Positions 8,699 to 17,229 of a stretch of 30,599 nucleotides of DNA are shown here, piece after piece; position 1 is the stretch's first letter; each line of letters opens with the position of its first letter. The notes beneath the pieces were generated by a model. That model saw nothing but the letters and a program-made list of their open reading frames with translations. It ran no database searches and was not told where the DNA came from. Source of the DNA: Candidatus Bathyarchaeia archaeon (lineage in GTDB: Archaea > Thermoproteota > Bathyarchaeia > Bathyarchaeales > Bathycorpusculaceae); assembly GCA_049970895.1 (NCBI GenBank), contig JBMFMB010000017.1, forward strand, positions 1-30,599, given 5' to 3'. A program made the position numbers and the translations under genes.

Positions 8699-9348
8699 GC
8701 CAGCCTCAGCTGATTAAAAGGGGAGCAGAAGCGTGCCTATACCTTGCGGATTGGCATGGCAGAAAAGTAGTGATGAAGAAGAGGTTGCCCAAAAAGTATA
8801 GGGCTCCAGCCCTAGACGAGCATATAAGAGCCTATAGAACAATTCACGAGCCTCAACTAATGCATGAAGCTAAAAAGGCGGGGGTGCCCACACCAACAAT
8901 TTATTTGATTGACGCAAAAAACGCCACAATCATAATGGAGTACATCGAGGGCGAACAAGTAAAAAGGTTGTTAGCTAAGGTTTCAGAGGGCGAAAGGCAA
9001 GTTCTGTGCCGCAAAATAGGCGAGTTGATAGGCAAATTGCACAAAAACGGCATAGTTCACGGCGACTTAACAACTTCAAATATGATTCAAACTTCTGAGG
9101 GCAAAATATTCTTTGTTGATTTTGGGCTTGGCGAGAAAACAAAGGAGCTTGAGGCAAAAGGCGTGGATTTACACTTAATGAAGAGGGCGTTACAAAGCAC
9201 GCATTTCCAGTTTGCCGAAAAATGCTTTAACGCCATAATTGAGGGTTATGTAAGCGTTTTAGGGGTTAAGGAAGTGAAAAACGTTTTAGACAAAATAAGG
9301 GAAATAGAAAGGAGAGGACGATACATAGCCGAAAGAAGGAGTGAATAA
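8686..9348 (+). CDS. bud32: KEOPS kinase/ATPase Bud32
   Basis: GAEA, KKRLPKKYR, HGDLTTSN, DFGL, RGRY. Overlaps the end of kae1. Confidence 0.95.
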   Translation: MGEISQPQLIKRGAEACLYLADWHGRKVVMKKRLPKKYRAPALDEHIRAYRTIHEPQLMHEAKKAGVPTPTIYLIDAKNATIIMEYIEGEQVKRLLAKVSEGERQVLCRKIGELIGKLHKNGIVHGDLTTSNMIQTSEGKIFFVDFGLGEKTKELEAKGVDLHLMKRALQSTHFQFAEKCFNAIIEGYVSVLGVKEVKNVLDKIREIERRGRYIAERRSE

Positions 9349-9349
9349 G

Positions 9350-9563
9350 ACAATAAAAACAGTTTGGTGCAAAACCCTCCACAATAAAGCTAAGAGCAAG
9401 AATGTGAGATTTGTTAAAGAATTACATGAAGAGCCTTGGGGTGGGGAACACGCCACATTTCATGGATCCAGACGGAAACCTTTTAGAAATTGTGCAGATT
9501 AATTGGGAAAAATATTTCAGCGTGTCAGCTGAAGAAGCCAAAAAGAAACGTGGGCCAACATGA
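9350..9563 (+). pseudogene. Frameshifted C-terminal remnant of a VOC/glyoxalase-bleomycin resistance family gene
   Basis: Manual translation: ...KSKNVRFVKELHEEPWGGEHAT / +1 shift at TTT 9458-9460 / FMDPDGNLLEIVQINWEKYF...KRGPT*. The stop overlaps the rdgB ATG. The N-terminal half is absent. Confidence 0.8.
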
Positions 9564-10150
9564 GCTTTCAATTGAAAGGCAAAGTAATATTCTTCGCAAC
9601 AAACAACATCAACAAGTTCAACGAAGCCCGCAAAATTTTAGGCAGCTATAAGATAGCCGTAGGCATGATAAGGGTTAAAACCCTTGAAATCCAAAGCGAA
9701 AGCCTCGAAGAAATTGCAAAAATAAGCGTCATCCACGCCTTCAAACAGTGCGGTCTCCCCCTCATAGTTGAGGACGCTGGACTTTTCGTTGAAGCCTTGA
9801 ACGGTTTTCCGGGCCCATACTCATCCTACGTTTACAAGACTATAGGCAACGAGGGATTGTTGAGGCTTATGGAGAAAAATGCTAACAGAAAGGCAAAGTT
9901 TCAGTCGGTGGTGGCGTACTTCTCTGAAGAATTGGACGCCCCAATATGTTTTAAGGGAGAAGTTTTGGGCGAGATAACCGAACAACCACGAAGAGAAAGC
10001 CATTATGGCTTTGGTTTTGACCCAATATTTAAGCCAGCTAACAGCCAAAAAACCTTTGCCGAGATGAGCATCGCCGAAAAGAACAAGTATTCCCATAGAG
10101 CAAAGGCTTTCAGAGAGTTTGCAAAATGGTACAAAAGCCTAAAGGTTTAA
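9560..10150 (+). CDS. rdgB: XTP/dITP diphosphatase (Ham1/RdgB)
   Basis: FATNNINK, EIQ, VEDAGLFVEALNGFPGPYS, GFGFDPIF, KNKYSHR. Confidence 0.95.
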   Translation: MSFQLKGKVIFFATNNINKFNEARKILGSYKIAVGMIRVKTLEIQSESLEEIAKISVIHAFKQCGLPLIVEDAGLFVEALNGFPGPYSSYVYKTIGNEGLLRLMEKNANRKAKFQSVVAYFSEELDAPICFKGEVLGEITEQPRRESHYGFGFDPIFKPANSQKTFAEMSIAEKNKYSHRAKAFREFAKWYKSLKV

Positions 10151-10223
10151 GTGGAAAAGAGCCATAGAAGGTCTTAAATATCCGTCTAACATCGCTCTTA
10201 CAGAACTGAAAAGGGATAACAGT

Positions 10224-10664
10224 ATGCCAAAACAGGAAAAGGGCAAATCCCATTCAACAAGACCGGTTAGCAAACGCCCCCCAAGCTGGTGCAAATACCA
10301 GCCAGAAGAAGTGGAAGCCCTCATCATTAAGCTGGCGAGAGAGGGTCATCCTCCAAGCCGCATTGGGACAATTCTTAGGGACCAGTACGCCATTCCATTA
10401 GTCAAGCCTTTAACTGGCAAGACCATAACTCAGATTCTTAAAGAGGCTGATCTTGCGCCTTCAATACCGGAAGACCTTGGGAACTTGCTTAAGAAGGCAG
10501 CGAGGCTTTCAGCCCACCTTGAAAAGCATAAGAAGGACTTGCACAACAAGAGGGCTTTGCAGCTTATAGAAGCCAAAATTCACAAGCTTGCAAGATATTA
10601 TAAGCGGGAGGGTGTTTTGCCACCAAACTGGAAGTACGAGCCAAAAATAGCGTCAATAGCCTAA
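10224..10664 (+). CDS. rps15: 30S ribosomal protein S15 (uS15)
   Basis: GKSHSTRP, PSRIGTILRDQYAIP, IPEDL, HKKDLHNKRALQLIEAKI. Confidence 0.96.
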   Translation: MPKQEKGKSHSTRPVSKRPPSWCKYQPEEVEALIIKLAREGHPPSRIGTILRDQYAIPLVKPLTGKTITQILKEADLAPSIPEDLGNLLKKAARLSAHLEKHKKDLHNKRALQLIEAKIHKLARYYKREGVLPPNWKYEPKIASIA

Positions 10665-10725
10665 TTAATGCATCCCCGCTCACAGCCTCCATTTTAAATT
10701 CCTTGAATTTGCATCATTGTGTGTG

Positions 10726-12192
10726 ATGGAAATGGGGTTGGACGAAAAACAAACAGCAAAGTTCTTTGAAAGCGTTTCAATTGCCGCAAAGACGATCTTG
10801 GAAGTTGTTAAGGAAGATGGCTTTATCCATGTTTTTTCGCATTTGGATGCTGATGGTGTGGCTGCTGCCGGCATTGTCGGGAAAGCCCTTTACAGGCTTG
10901 ACGCAAGGTTTCGCATCAGGATAACCCAGTGGGTTGATGAAAAACTGGTGGCTGAAATACTTCAGGAAAAGCCTCAAATGGTTATTTTTACAGACCTTGG
11001 AAGCGACTACGCAAACTTGTTAAGACAGAAAACTCAGGACATAAAAGTTGTTGTTTTGGACCACCATCAGCTTGGCGAGGGATTAAGCGGCGATTTTCCG
11101 TGCGTTAATCCTCACTTGTTTGGCATTGATGGGGCACGGGACATTAGCAGCGCCGGTGTAGCCTATTTTGTGGCTAAAGAGATTGACAAGGTTAACGTGG
11201 ATTTGGCTCCGATAGCCGTTGTTGGGGCGCTCGGGGACTTGCAGGACAAATATGAACAGCGAATGCTCGGAGGACTTAACGAGAAAATAGTGGAAGATGC
11301 AAAAAGCCAAGGATTGCTAACCGTTGAGAAGGACCTAATATTTTTCGGTAGGGAAACCCGCCCAATCCATAAAACATTAGCGTCCACAACAAACCCCTTT
11401 ATTCCAGGCATAAGCGGAGAAGAAGACAAAAGTTTGGCCTTTCTAGCGAGTATTGATATAAAGCCAAAATACGGTGATAAGTGGCGGGCGTTAAGAGACC
11501 TCTCAGAAGAAGAGAAAAAGAGACTTTGTTCGGCACTGGCTGATTACTTGCTCTCGAGGGGGTTGCATTACGAGATATCCAACCTCATAGGACATGTTTA
11601 CACCCTCAGCAAGGAAGAACCTTGGACACCGCTAAGAGATGGGAGGGAGTTCGCCGTCTTGCTTAATGCTGTTGGGCGCATGGACAAGCCCGGCGTTGGC
11701 GTGGCGGTTTGCATGGGTGATAGAGGATCCGCCCTGGAAGAAGCCAGCAAAATCCTTGAGGAGTATAGGCGGACAATTAATAGGTACTTGGGCTGGATTA
11801 TGGAGAGACCCGAAAGAATAAGGGAAATGGAAAACATTTATGTTGTTTATGGCGAAGACTTCATTGACGATAAAATTGTTGGTGCCATCTCATCAATTCT
11901 AACAACAAGCCTTCCAAACCCGGAAAAACCCCTCATTGCCTACGCAGACGTCAAAGAAGAAGGACTCGTGAAGGTTTCAGCAAGAACCATAGACGCAACA
12001 ACCTCCAAGGGCGTTAATCTTGGAGAAGTGATGCAAATTGCAGCCGAGAAATGCTTGGGGAAAGGCGGAGGTCACAATGTGGCGGCTGGTGCCCAAATCC
12101 CAATAGAAAATGTTGAAACTTTCATAAAGCTTGTTAATGAGCTTGTTGGGAAGCAGTTGGCTGGGGGAGAAAAATGGAAGCTGAAATCATAA
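10726..12192 (+). CDS. RecJ/Cdc45-like DHH nuclease (GAN-type, GINS-associated)
   Basis: SHLDADG, FTDLG, LDHH, GALGDLQD, DHHA1 GGGHNVAAG. Lies in the conserved position between rps15 and pcc1. Confidence 0.88.
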   Translation: MEMGLDEKQTAKFFESVSIAAKTILEVVKEDGFIHVFSHLDADGVAAAGIVGKALYRLDARFRIRITQWVDEKLVAEILQEKPQMVIFTDLGSDYANLLRQKTQDIKVVVLDHHQLGEGLSGDFPCVNPHLFGIDGARDISSAGVAYFVAKEIDKVNVDLAPIAVVGALGDLQDKYEQRMLGGLNEKIVEDAKSQGLLTVEKDLIFFGRETRPIHKTLASTTNPFIPGISGEEDKSLAFLASIDIKPKYGDKWRALRDLSEEEKKRLCSALADYLLSRGLHYEISNLIGHVYTLSKEEPWTPLRDGREFAVLLNAVGRMDKPGVGVAVCMGDRGSALEEASKILEEYRRTINRYLGWIMERPERIREMENIYVVYGEDFIDDKIVGAISSILTTSLPNPEKPLIAYADVKEEGLVKVSARTIDATTSKGVNLGEVMQIAAEKCLGKGGGHNVAAGAQIPIENVETFIKLVNELVGKQLAGGEKWKLKS

Positions 12193-12422
12193 TAAGCTAT
12201 GATAGCGCGGAAAGTGCCAAGGCAGTTGCTGAAGCTGTTTCACCAGACAACTTTAAAGTGCCGCCTGGCTTGTCCATTAGGACGGAAAGGGAAGGCAGCG
12301 ATGTTGTGACGCGTATAAAATGTAGGGGGAAGCTTCAAACTTTTATTGCGACAATTGATGATTTACTTTTCGCCGTATCATTGGCGGAGAAAACTCTAAA
12401 AACTGCGCGGAAACTTGAATAG
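12174..12422 (+). CDS. pcc1: KEOPS subunit Pcc1
   Basis: 82 aa, AVAEAVSPDN...TFIATIDDLL. Conserved position downstream of the DHH gene. Confidence 0.8.
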   Translation: MEAEIIISYDSAESAKAVAEAVSPDNFKVPPGLSIRTEREGSDVVTRIKCRGKLQTFIATIDDLLFAVSLAEKTLKTARKLE

Positions 12423-12432
12423 TGGTTTCAGG

Positions 12433-13722
12433 ATGTTGGACATAAAGTTAATCCGTGAAAACCCAGAGTTCGTGAGAGAAAATCTCAGCAGAAGGGGAGA
12501 GCCTGAATTTTTAAGGATGCTTGATGAGCTAATTGATTGCGATAAGCTTTGGCGCCAGCACTTGACAAGGCTTAATGATTTACGACGGGAGAGAAACCGC
12601 ATAACAATGGAAATTGCCGCTTCAAAAAAGAAGGGCTTAGACGCCACTGCAATGGTTTCTAGAGCTAAGGAAATCGACAAAGAAATTGCGAATTTAGAAC
12701 GGTTGGTCGGCGAGTACGAGGAGAAAGTGCGCTATTACCTTATGAGAATCCCAAACCTTTTACACGATTCTGTTCCTATAGGCAAGGATGAGCATGACAA
12801 TGTTACGGTTAGGACTTGGGGAGAAATACCCCGCTTCAATTTTCCAGTTAAGGACCACATAGAGCTTGGTTTAAGCCTAGACATAATGGACATTGAAAGG
12901 GCTGGAAAAATAGCTGGCGCAAGATTCTTTTACCTTAAAAAGGAAGGCGTCCTGCTCGACATCGCCTTGCTAATTTTTGCATTAGAGGAGATGGTTAAGA
13001 AGGGTTACACGCCCATAGAACCGCCCTTCATGATGAGGCGCAAACCCTATGAGGGAGTCACAGCCCTCAGCGACTTCGAAGATAGCCTCTACAAAATTGA
13101 GGATGAAGACCTATACTTAATTGCGACTTCGGAGCATCCCATGGCGGCAATGTTTATGGACGAAGTTTTGAAGGCTGAGGACTTGCCAATAAAATTTGTT
13201 GGAATAAGCCCAAACTTCAGAAAGGAAGCGGGTGCCCACGGCAAAGACACCCGCGGGATTTTCCGCACCCACCAGTTTAACAAGGTTGAACAATTCATAT
13301 TCTGCAAGCCAGAAGATTCATGGAAGTTTCATGAAGAGCTTATTAGAAACGCTGAGGAGCTTGTTCAAAAGCTTGGCTTACCATACCGTGTAGTAAACGT
13401 CTGCACCGGTGATATTGGAACAGTTGCCGCCAAAAAGTATGACATTGAAGTTTGGATGCCAGCGCAAAACGCGTATAGGGAAATAATTTCATGCAGCAAC
13501 TGCACTGATTATCAGGCTAGAAGGTTAAATATAAGGTATAGGGAAAAAGAGGGTGAGCCACCGAAAGGCTTTGTGCATACACTTAACTCCACAGCTCTAG
13601 CCACTGGAAGAACCATTGTGGCAATATTGGAAAATTATCAGCAGGCGGACGGTTCAGTGATTATTCCAGAGGTTTTGAGAAAGTATATGGGCGGATTGGA
13701 AAAAATTGAGCCGAAAAGGTAA
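12433..13722 (+). CDS. serS: Serine--tRNA ligase (type 1)
   Basis: MLDIKLIRENP, YLIATSEHP, FRKEAG, GIFRTHQFNKVEQF, EIISCSNCTDYQARR, HTLNST. Confidence 0.97.
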   Translation: MLDIKLIRENPEFVRENLSRRGEPEFLRMLDELIDCDKLWRQHLTRLNDLRRERNRITMEIAASKKKGLDATAMVSRAKEIDKEIANLERLVGEYEEKVRYYLMRIPNLLHDSVPIGKDEHDNVTVRTWGEIPRFNFPVKDHIELGLSLDIMDIERAGKIAGARFFYLKKEGVLLDIALLIFALEEMVKKGYTPIEPPFMMRRKPYEGVTALSDFEDSLYKIEDEDLYLIATSEHPMAAMFMDEVLKAEDLPIKFVGISPNFRKEAGAHGKDTRGIFRTHQFNKVEQFIFCKPEDSWKFHEELIRNAEELVQKLGLPYRVVNVCTGDIGTVAAKKYDIEVWMPAQNAYREIISCSNCTDYQARRLNIRYREKEGEPPKGFVHTLNSTALATGRTIVAILENYQQADGSVIIPEVLRKYMGGLEKIEPKR

Positions 13723-13768
13723 AGCTTAATACCCTCGTGATGTGACTTTTCTCTGCTATTAAGGATGG

Positions 13769-14404
13769 ATGACGACATTGTCCACGAAGAAGGTAAGGGA
13801 TAGGTGGCGCAGCAAGATATGGTATACGGTTGTTGCTCCACCATACTTTGGAAATGTTGAGTTAGGCGCAATTCCAGCAGATGAACCTGAAAAACTCATT
13901 GGAAGGGTTATGGAGGTAACGCTTTACGATATCACTGGCGACTTTTCCCATCAGTACATGAAATTGTATTTCCAAATAACCCAGGTTGAGGGAAAAACAG
14001 CCCGTACCATGTTTAAGGGGCATGAATACTCAAGGGATTACCTTAGAAGTCTTGTGAGGCGGAGGACAACGAAGGTTGATGGAATCTTCAACGTTTCAAC
14101 TAAAGACGGCTACAGATTTAGAGTAGCGGTCTGCGCCTTCACTCTCACAAGAATTAAGACCTCGCAGGAGCGTGCCATACGCAAAATTATGGCGAAAATA
14201 GTTGAGGAGAAAAGTGCAGCCCTAACAATGGACCAATTTGTCCAAGAAATGGTTCTTGGAAAAATCGCATCAGACATATATAATGAAGCTAGAAAAATTG
14301 TGCCACTCCGCCATGTTGGCGTCAGAAAGTCTAAGCTTCTAATGCAGGTGGCTCAAATACAAGCGTTACAAGTGCCACTGCAAAGGGTCGAGGAGCAAAG
14401 TTAG
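13769..14404 (+). CDS. rps3ae: 30S ribosomal protein S3Ae (eS1)
   Basis: RDRWRSKIWY, LIGRVMEVTLYDITGD, RDYLRSLVRRRTTKVD, IVPLRHVGVRKSK. Confidence 0.95.
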   Translation: MTTLSTKKVRDRWRSKIWYTVVAPPYFGNVELGAIPADEPEKLIGRVMEVTLYDITGDFSHQYMKLYFQITQVEGKTARTMFKGHEYSRDYLRSLVRRRTTKVDGIFNVSTKDGYRFRVAVCAFTLTRIKTSQERAIRKIMAKIVEEKSAALTMDQFVQEMVLGKIASDIYNEARKIVPLRHVGVRKSKLLMQVAQIQALQVPLQRVEEQS

Positions 14405-14946
14405 CCTTCAACAAGCTTTTTACCATATTCATAGCCCATTTCAAAGGCTTTTAGGTTCAGCGCTTCAGTTCCCTTTGGAACATTAGCCCTAATAGACTCT
14501 TTTAGGGCTTCCTTATCCACCATGCTTGTTATTGCTGTGAAGGCTCCTAACATAACAACGTTTGCAACTATTCTTCTTCCAAGCTCTTCAGCCATTCTCG
14601 TGGCTGGAACCCGAAAAACTTTCACGCCTTTAAGTTCCCTCTCGTTGGGGATCATGTCCGGGTCGAGTATTATTGTTCCGCCCTTTTTCACGGTCTCTGC
14701 ATACTCGTTGTAGGCGTGTTGGGACATCACCACCAAAATGTCTGGCTCGGTAACTTTTGGAAAGTCTATTTCTTCATCGGCTATTACAACTTCTGAGCGA
14801 CATGCTCCGCCCCGCGACTCTGGTCCATAAGACTGCGTTTGCACAGCGTGCTTCCCACAGTATATGCATGCGGCCATAGCCACCATAATCCCGGACTTAA
14901 TTATTCCTTGACCGCCGAAACCTGCAAATCTAATTTCAACACGCAT
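14401..14946 (-). CDS. korC: 2-oxoacid:ferredoxin oxidoreductase gamma subunit
   Basis: IRFAGFGGQG, QSYGPESRGG, ANVVMLGA, NLKAFEMG. Confidence 0.9.
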   Translation of the reverse strand: MRVEIRFAGFGGQGIIKSGIMVAMAACIYCGKHAVQTQSYGPESRGGACRSEVVIADEEIDFPKVTEPDILVVMSQHAYNEYAETVKKGGTIILDPDMIPNERELKGVKVFRVPATRMAEELGRRIVANVVMLGAFTAITSMVDKEALKESIRANVPKGTEALNLKAFEMGYEYGKKLVEG

Positions 14947-14958
14947 AAGGCATTCACC

Positions 14959-15798
14959 TTATTCTTCAATTTCTTTCATTATTTGCGCCATTTTATTATG
15001 GAGAAGCTCCTCATAAGTTGGCTTTTCAATATCTACAAATTCTCCAACAACTATTTTTTCAGGGGTTATTTCCGCCTCTGCAGGATCCGAAAAGTTGGCG
15101 ATTACCGAAACTTTCTTAAACCATTCCATCATTTCGAGGCCTGTTCGCATTTTGTTGTGGCGTCCATAGATTTCTGGGCATGGTGATATAACTTCTATGA
15201 AGGAGAAGCCCTTCCTTTGTAGAAGCTTCTTGATAGACATTGTTAGCATTCGCACGTGGAGGGTTGTCCACCTTGCCACATAAGTTGCTCCGGCTGCCGC
15301 TGCTAAATGGACAAGGTTGAAGGGGTGCTCAATGTTCCCGTAAGGTGTTGTCGTTGTTAAAGCATTTAGTGGTGTTGTTGGTCCAACTTGTCCGCCTGTC
15401 ATTCCGTAGTTGAAGTTGTTGGCGCATATCACTTTGATTCCAATGTTTCTCCTTGCAGCGTGGATGAAGTGGTTTCCCCCTATCGCGAAAAGGTCGCCAT
15501 CACCACTTATAACAACAACTTCGAGTTCCGGATTTGCAAGTTTAACGCCTGTTGCAAAGGCTATTGGACGCCCGTGGGTCGCGTGGAAAGAATCCACATT
15601 TGTGTAGCCAGCTGCTCGCCCAATACAACCTATTCCTGAAACGACAACAAGCTTGTCCAAGTTTATCTGCAACTCGTCAAGCGCATGCACAAAAGCGTTA
15701 AGGATTATGCCGTTCCCACATCCGGTGCACCATATGTGGGGCATCATGGTGGCTCTCAGATATTTTGAAAAGGGATGTTGCTCAACAGCTTCTGTCAT
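14959..15798 (-). CDS. korB: 2-oxoacid:ferredoxin oxidoreductase beta subunit (TPP-binding)
   Basis: WCTGCG, SGIGC, HGR, GDGD...NNFNYGMTGGQ, SPCP. Confidence 0.92.
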   Translation of the reverse strand: MTEAVEQHPFSKYLRATMMPHIWCTGCGNGIILNAFVHALDELQINLDKLVVVSGIGCIGRAAGYTNVDSFHATHGRPIAFATGVKLANPELEVVVISGDGDLFAIGGNHFIHAARRNIGIKVICANNFNYGMTGGQVGPTTPLNALTTTTPYGNIEHPFNLVHLAAAAGATYVARWTTLHVRMLTMSIKKLLQRKGFSFIEVISPCPEIYGRHNKMRTGLEMMEWFKKVSVIANFSDPAEAEITPEKIVVGEFVDIEKPTYEELLHNKMAQIMKEIEE

Positions 15799-16949
15799 TT
15801 GCTATACCTCCCGATAAATTCGAGAATCTCCATTGGCGTATGCGGCTCCTCACCCAACTTCGGCATGTGGAAAACTGGTGTTCCTTTTGCAGCCCTTTCA
15901 ACCTCCCTAGCCATCTGCCCACAATTCATTTCCGGAACAATTATTGCTTTGGCATTTTCAGCAGCCTTCGCCACGTGCTTTTCTGGGAAGGGCCAAAGGG
16001 TTATTGGGCGGAGGAGCCCGGCTTTTACACCTTGCTGTCTTGCTTTTCTCACAGCGCTTAGGGCTGCCCGCGCAACTATTCCGTAGGCAAAAACCACAAT
16101 TTCGGCGTCATTCAACATATGCTCCTCAACACGGATTATTTTGTCAGCGTTCTTCCTTATTTTGTCGCAGAGTCTCTGCACAAGCCGCATCTGAACCTCT
16201 GAGCTTTGTGTACGTGGATAACCATGCTCATCGTGGGTTAGGCCTGTAGCATGAAAGCGGAAGCCCTCACCGAAACAAGCCATAGGTGGAACCAAGTCAT
16301 CGTCTGGCATGAAAGGTGCATACTTTTCTGGCGGCGTGTTAGGCTTTTTGCGGTTAACAATCCTTATCTCTTCAGCTGGTGGTATAACCACTTTCTCCCA
16401 CATGTGAGCAACAACCTCATCAGCCATCACAAAAGTTGGAACACGATAGGTTTCAGCCAAGTTGAAGGCTTCAATCGTCAGATCAAACATTTCCTGAACA
16501 GAAGAGGGGGCTAAGGCTATAATTTCGTAATCGCCATGGGAACCCCATTTTGCTTGCATAACATCCTGCTGTCCCGGAAGGGTTGGCTGTCCAGTGCTTG
16601 GGCCTCCACGCATTACGTCAACGATTACACAAGGGGCTTCTGTCATGGCAGCCAAGCCTATGTTCTCCTGCATTAGACTAAAGCCAGGCCCAGAGGTGGC
16701 TGTCATAGCCTTCAAGCCAGCGTAGGATGCGCCTATAACTGCGGCTATTGAGGCTATCTCGTCTTCCATTTGAATGTAGATTCCTCCAACTTTCGGCATT
16801 CTGGCCGCTAAATGCTCCGCTATTTCTGTTGCTGGTGTTATTGGGTATCCAGCGAAGAACCGGCATCCGGCTGCTATGGCGCCTTCTGCACATGCAATGT
16901 CGCCGCTCATGAAGTGCACACCGGTCAAAACTGCTTTTTTACCAGCCAT
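15795..16949 (-). CDS. korA: 2-oxoacid:ferredoxin oxidoreductase alpha subunit
   Basis: FFAGYPITP, QMEDEIAS, TATSGPGFSLMQE, RGGPSTGQPT, EMNCGQ. Confidence 0.92.
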   Translation of the reverse strand: MAGKKAVLTGVHFMSGDIACAEGAIAAGCRFFAGYPITPATEIAEHLAARMPKVGGIYIQMEDEIASIAAVIGASYAGLKAMTATSGPGFSLMQENIGLAAMTEAPCVIVDVMRGGPSTGQPTLPGQQDVMQAKWGSHGDYEIIALAPSSVQEMFDLTIEAFNLAETYRVPTFVMADEVVAHMWEKVVIPPAEEIRIVNRKKPNTPPEKYAPFMPDDDLVPPMACFGEGFRFHATGLTHDEHGYPRTQSSEVQMRLVQRLCDKIRKNADKIIRVEEHMLNDAEIVVFAYGIVARAALSAVRKARQQGVKAGLLRPITLWPFPEKHVAKAAENAKAIIVPEMNCGQMAREVERAAKGTPVFHMPKLGEEPHTPMEILEFIGRYSK

Positions 16950-17228
16950 TTAACATCCATCCTTACATTGTTTCTCTTTAACGAAAATTGCAAAGTCTGG
17001 GCAAACAGCTGTGCAGAAACTGCATAGAATACAACTATTTTCATCAACAACTCTTGGGGGGTGAACCCCTCTCGCGTTAATTTCGTCAGATTCCTCTAAA
17101 ACTTTTTTGGGGCAGTATTGGATGCAGAAGCCGCATCCCTTACACTGGTCTTTTAATATGTGGATTTCAGCCTTCGGCCTGGAAACCTTCTCAATGTTTA
17201 ATGGTGTTCTCCAAAATCTTTCCGGCAT
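16950..17228 (-). CDS. korD: 2-oxoacid:ferredoxin oxidoreductase delta subunit, 2x[4Fe-4S]
   Basis: CKGCGFCIQYCP and CILCSFCTAVCPDFAI. Directly upstream of the alpha subunit. Confidence 0.88.
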   Translation of the reverse strand: MPERFWRTPLNIEKVSRPKAEIHILKDQCKGCGFCIQYCPKKVLEESDEINARGVHPPRVVDENSCILCSFCTAVCPDFAIFVKEKQCKDGC

Positions 17229-17229
17229 T

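Noticed and set aside
14401-14404. Overlapping convergent 3' ends (also 614-633 and 5264-5277)
   Set aside because: This is common in compact archaeal genomes, and there is no further evidence of antisense regulation.
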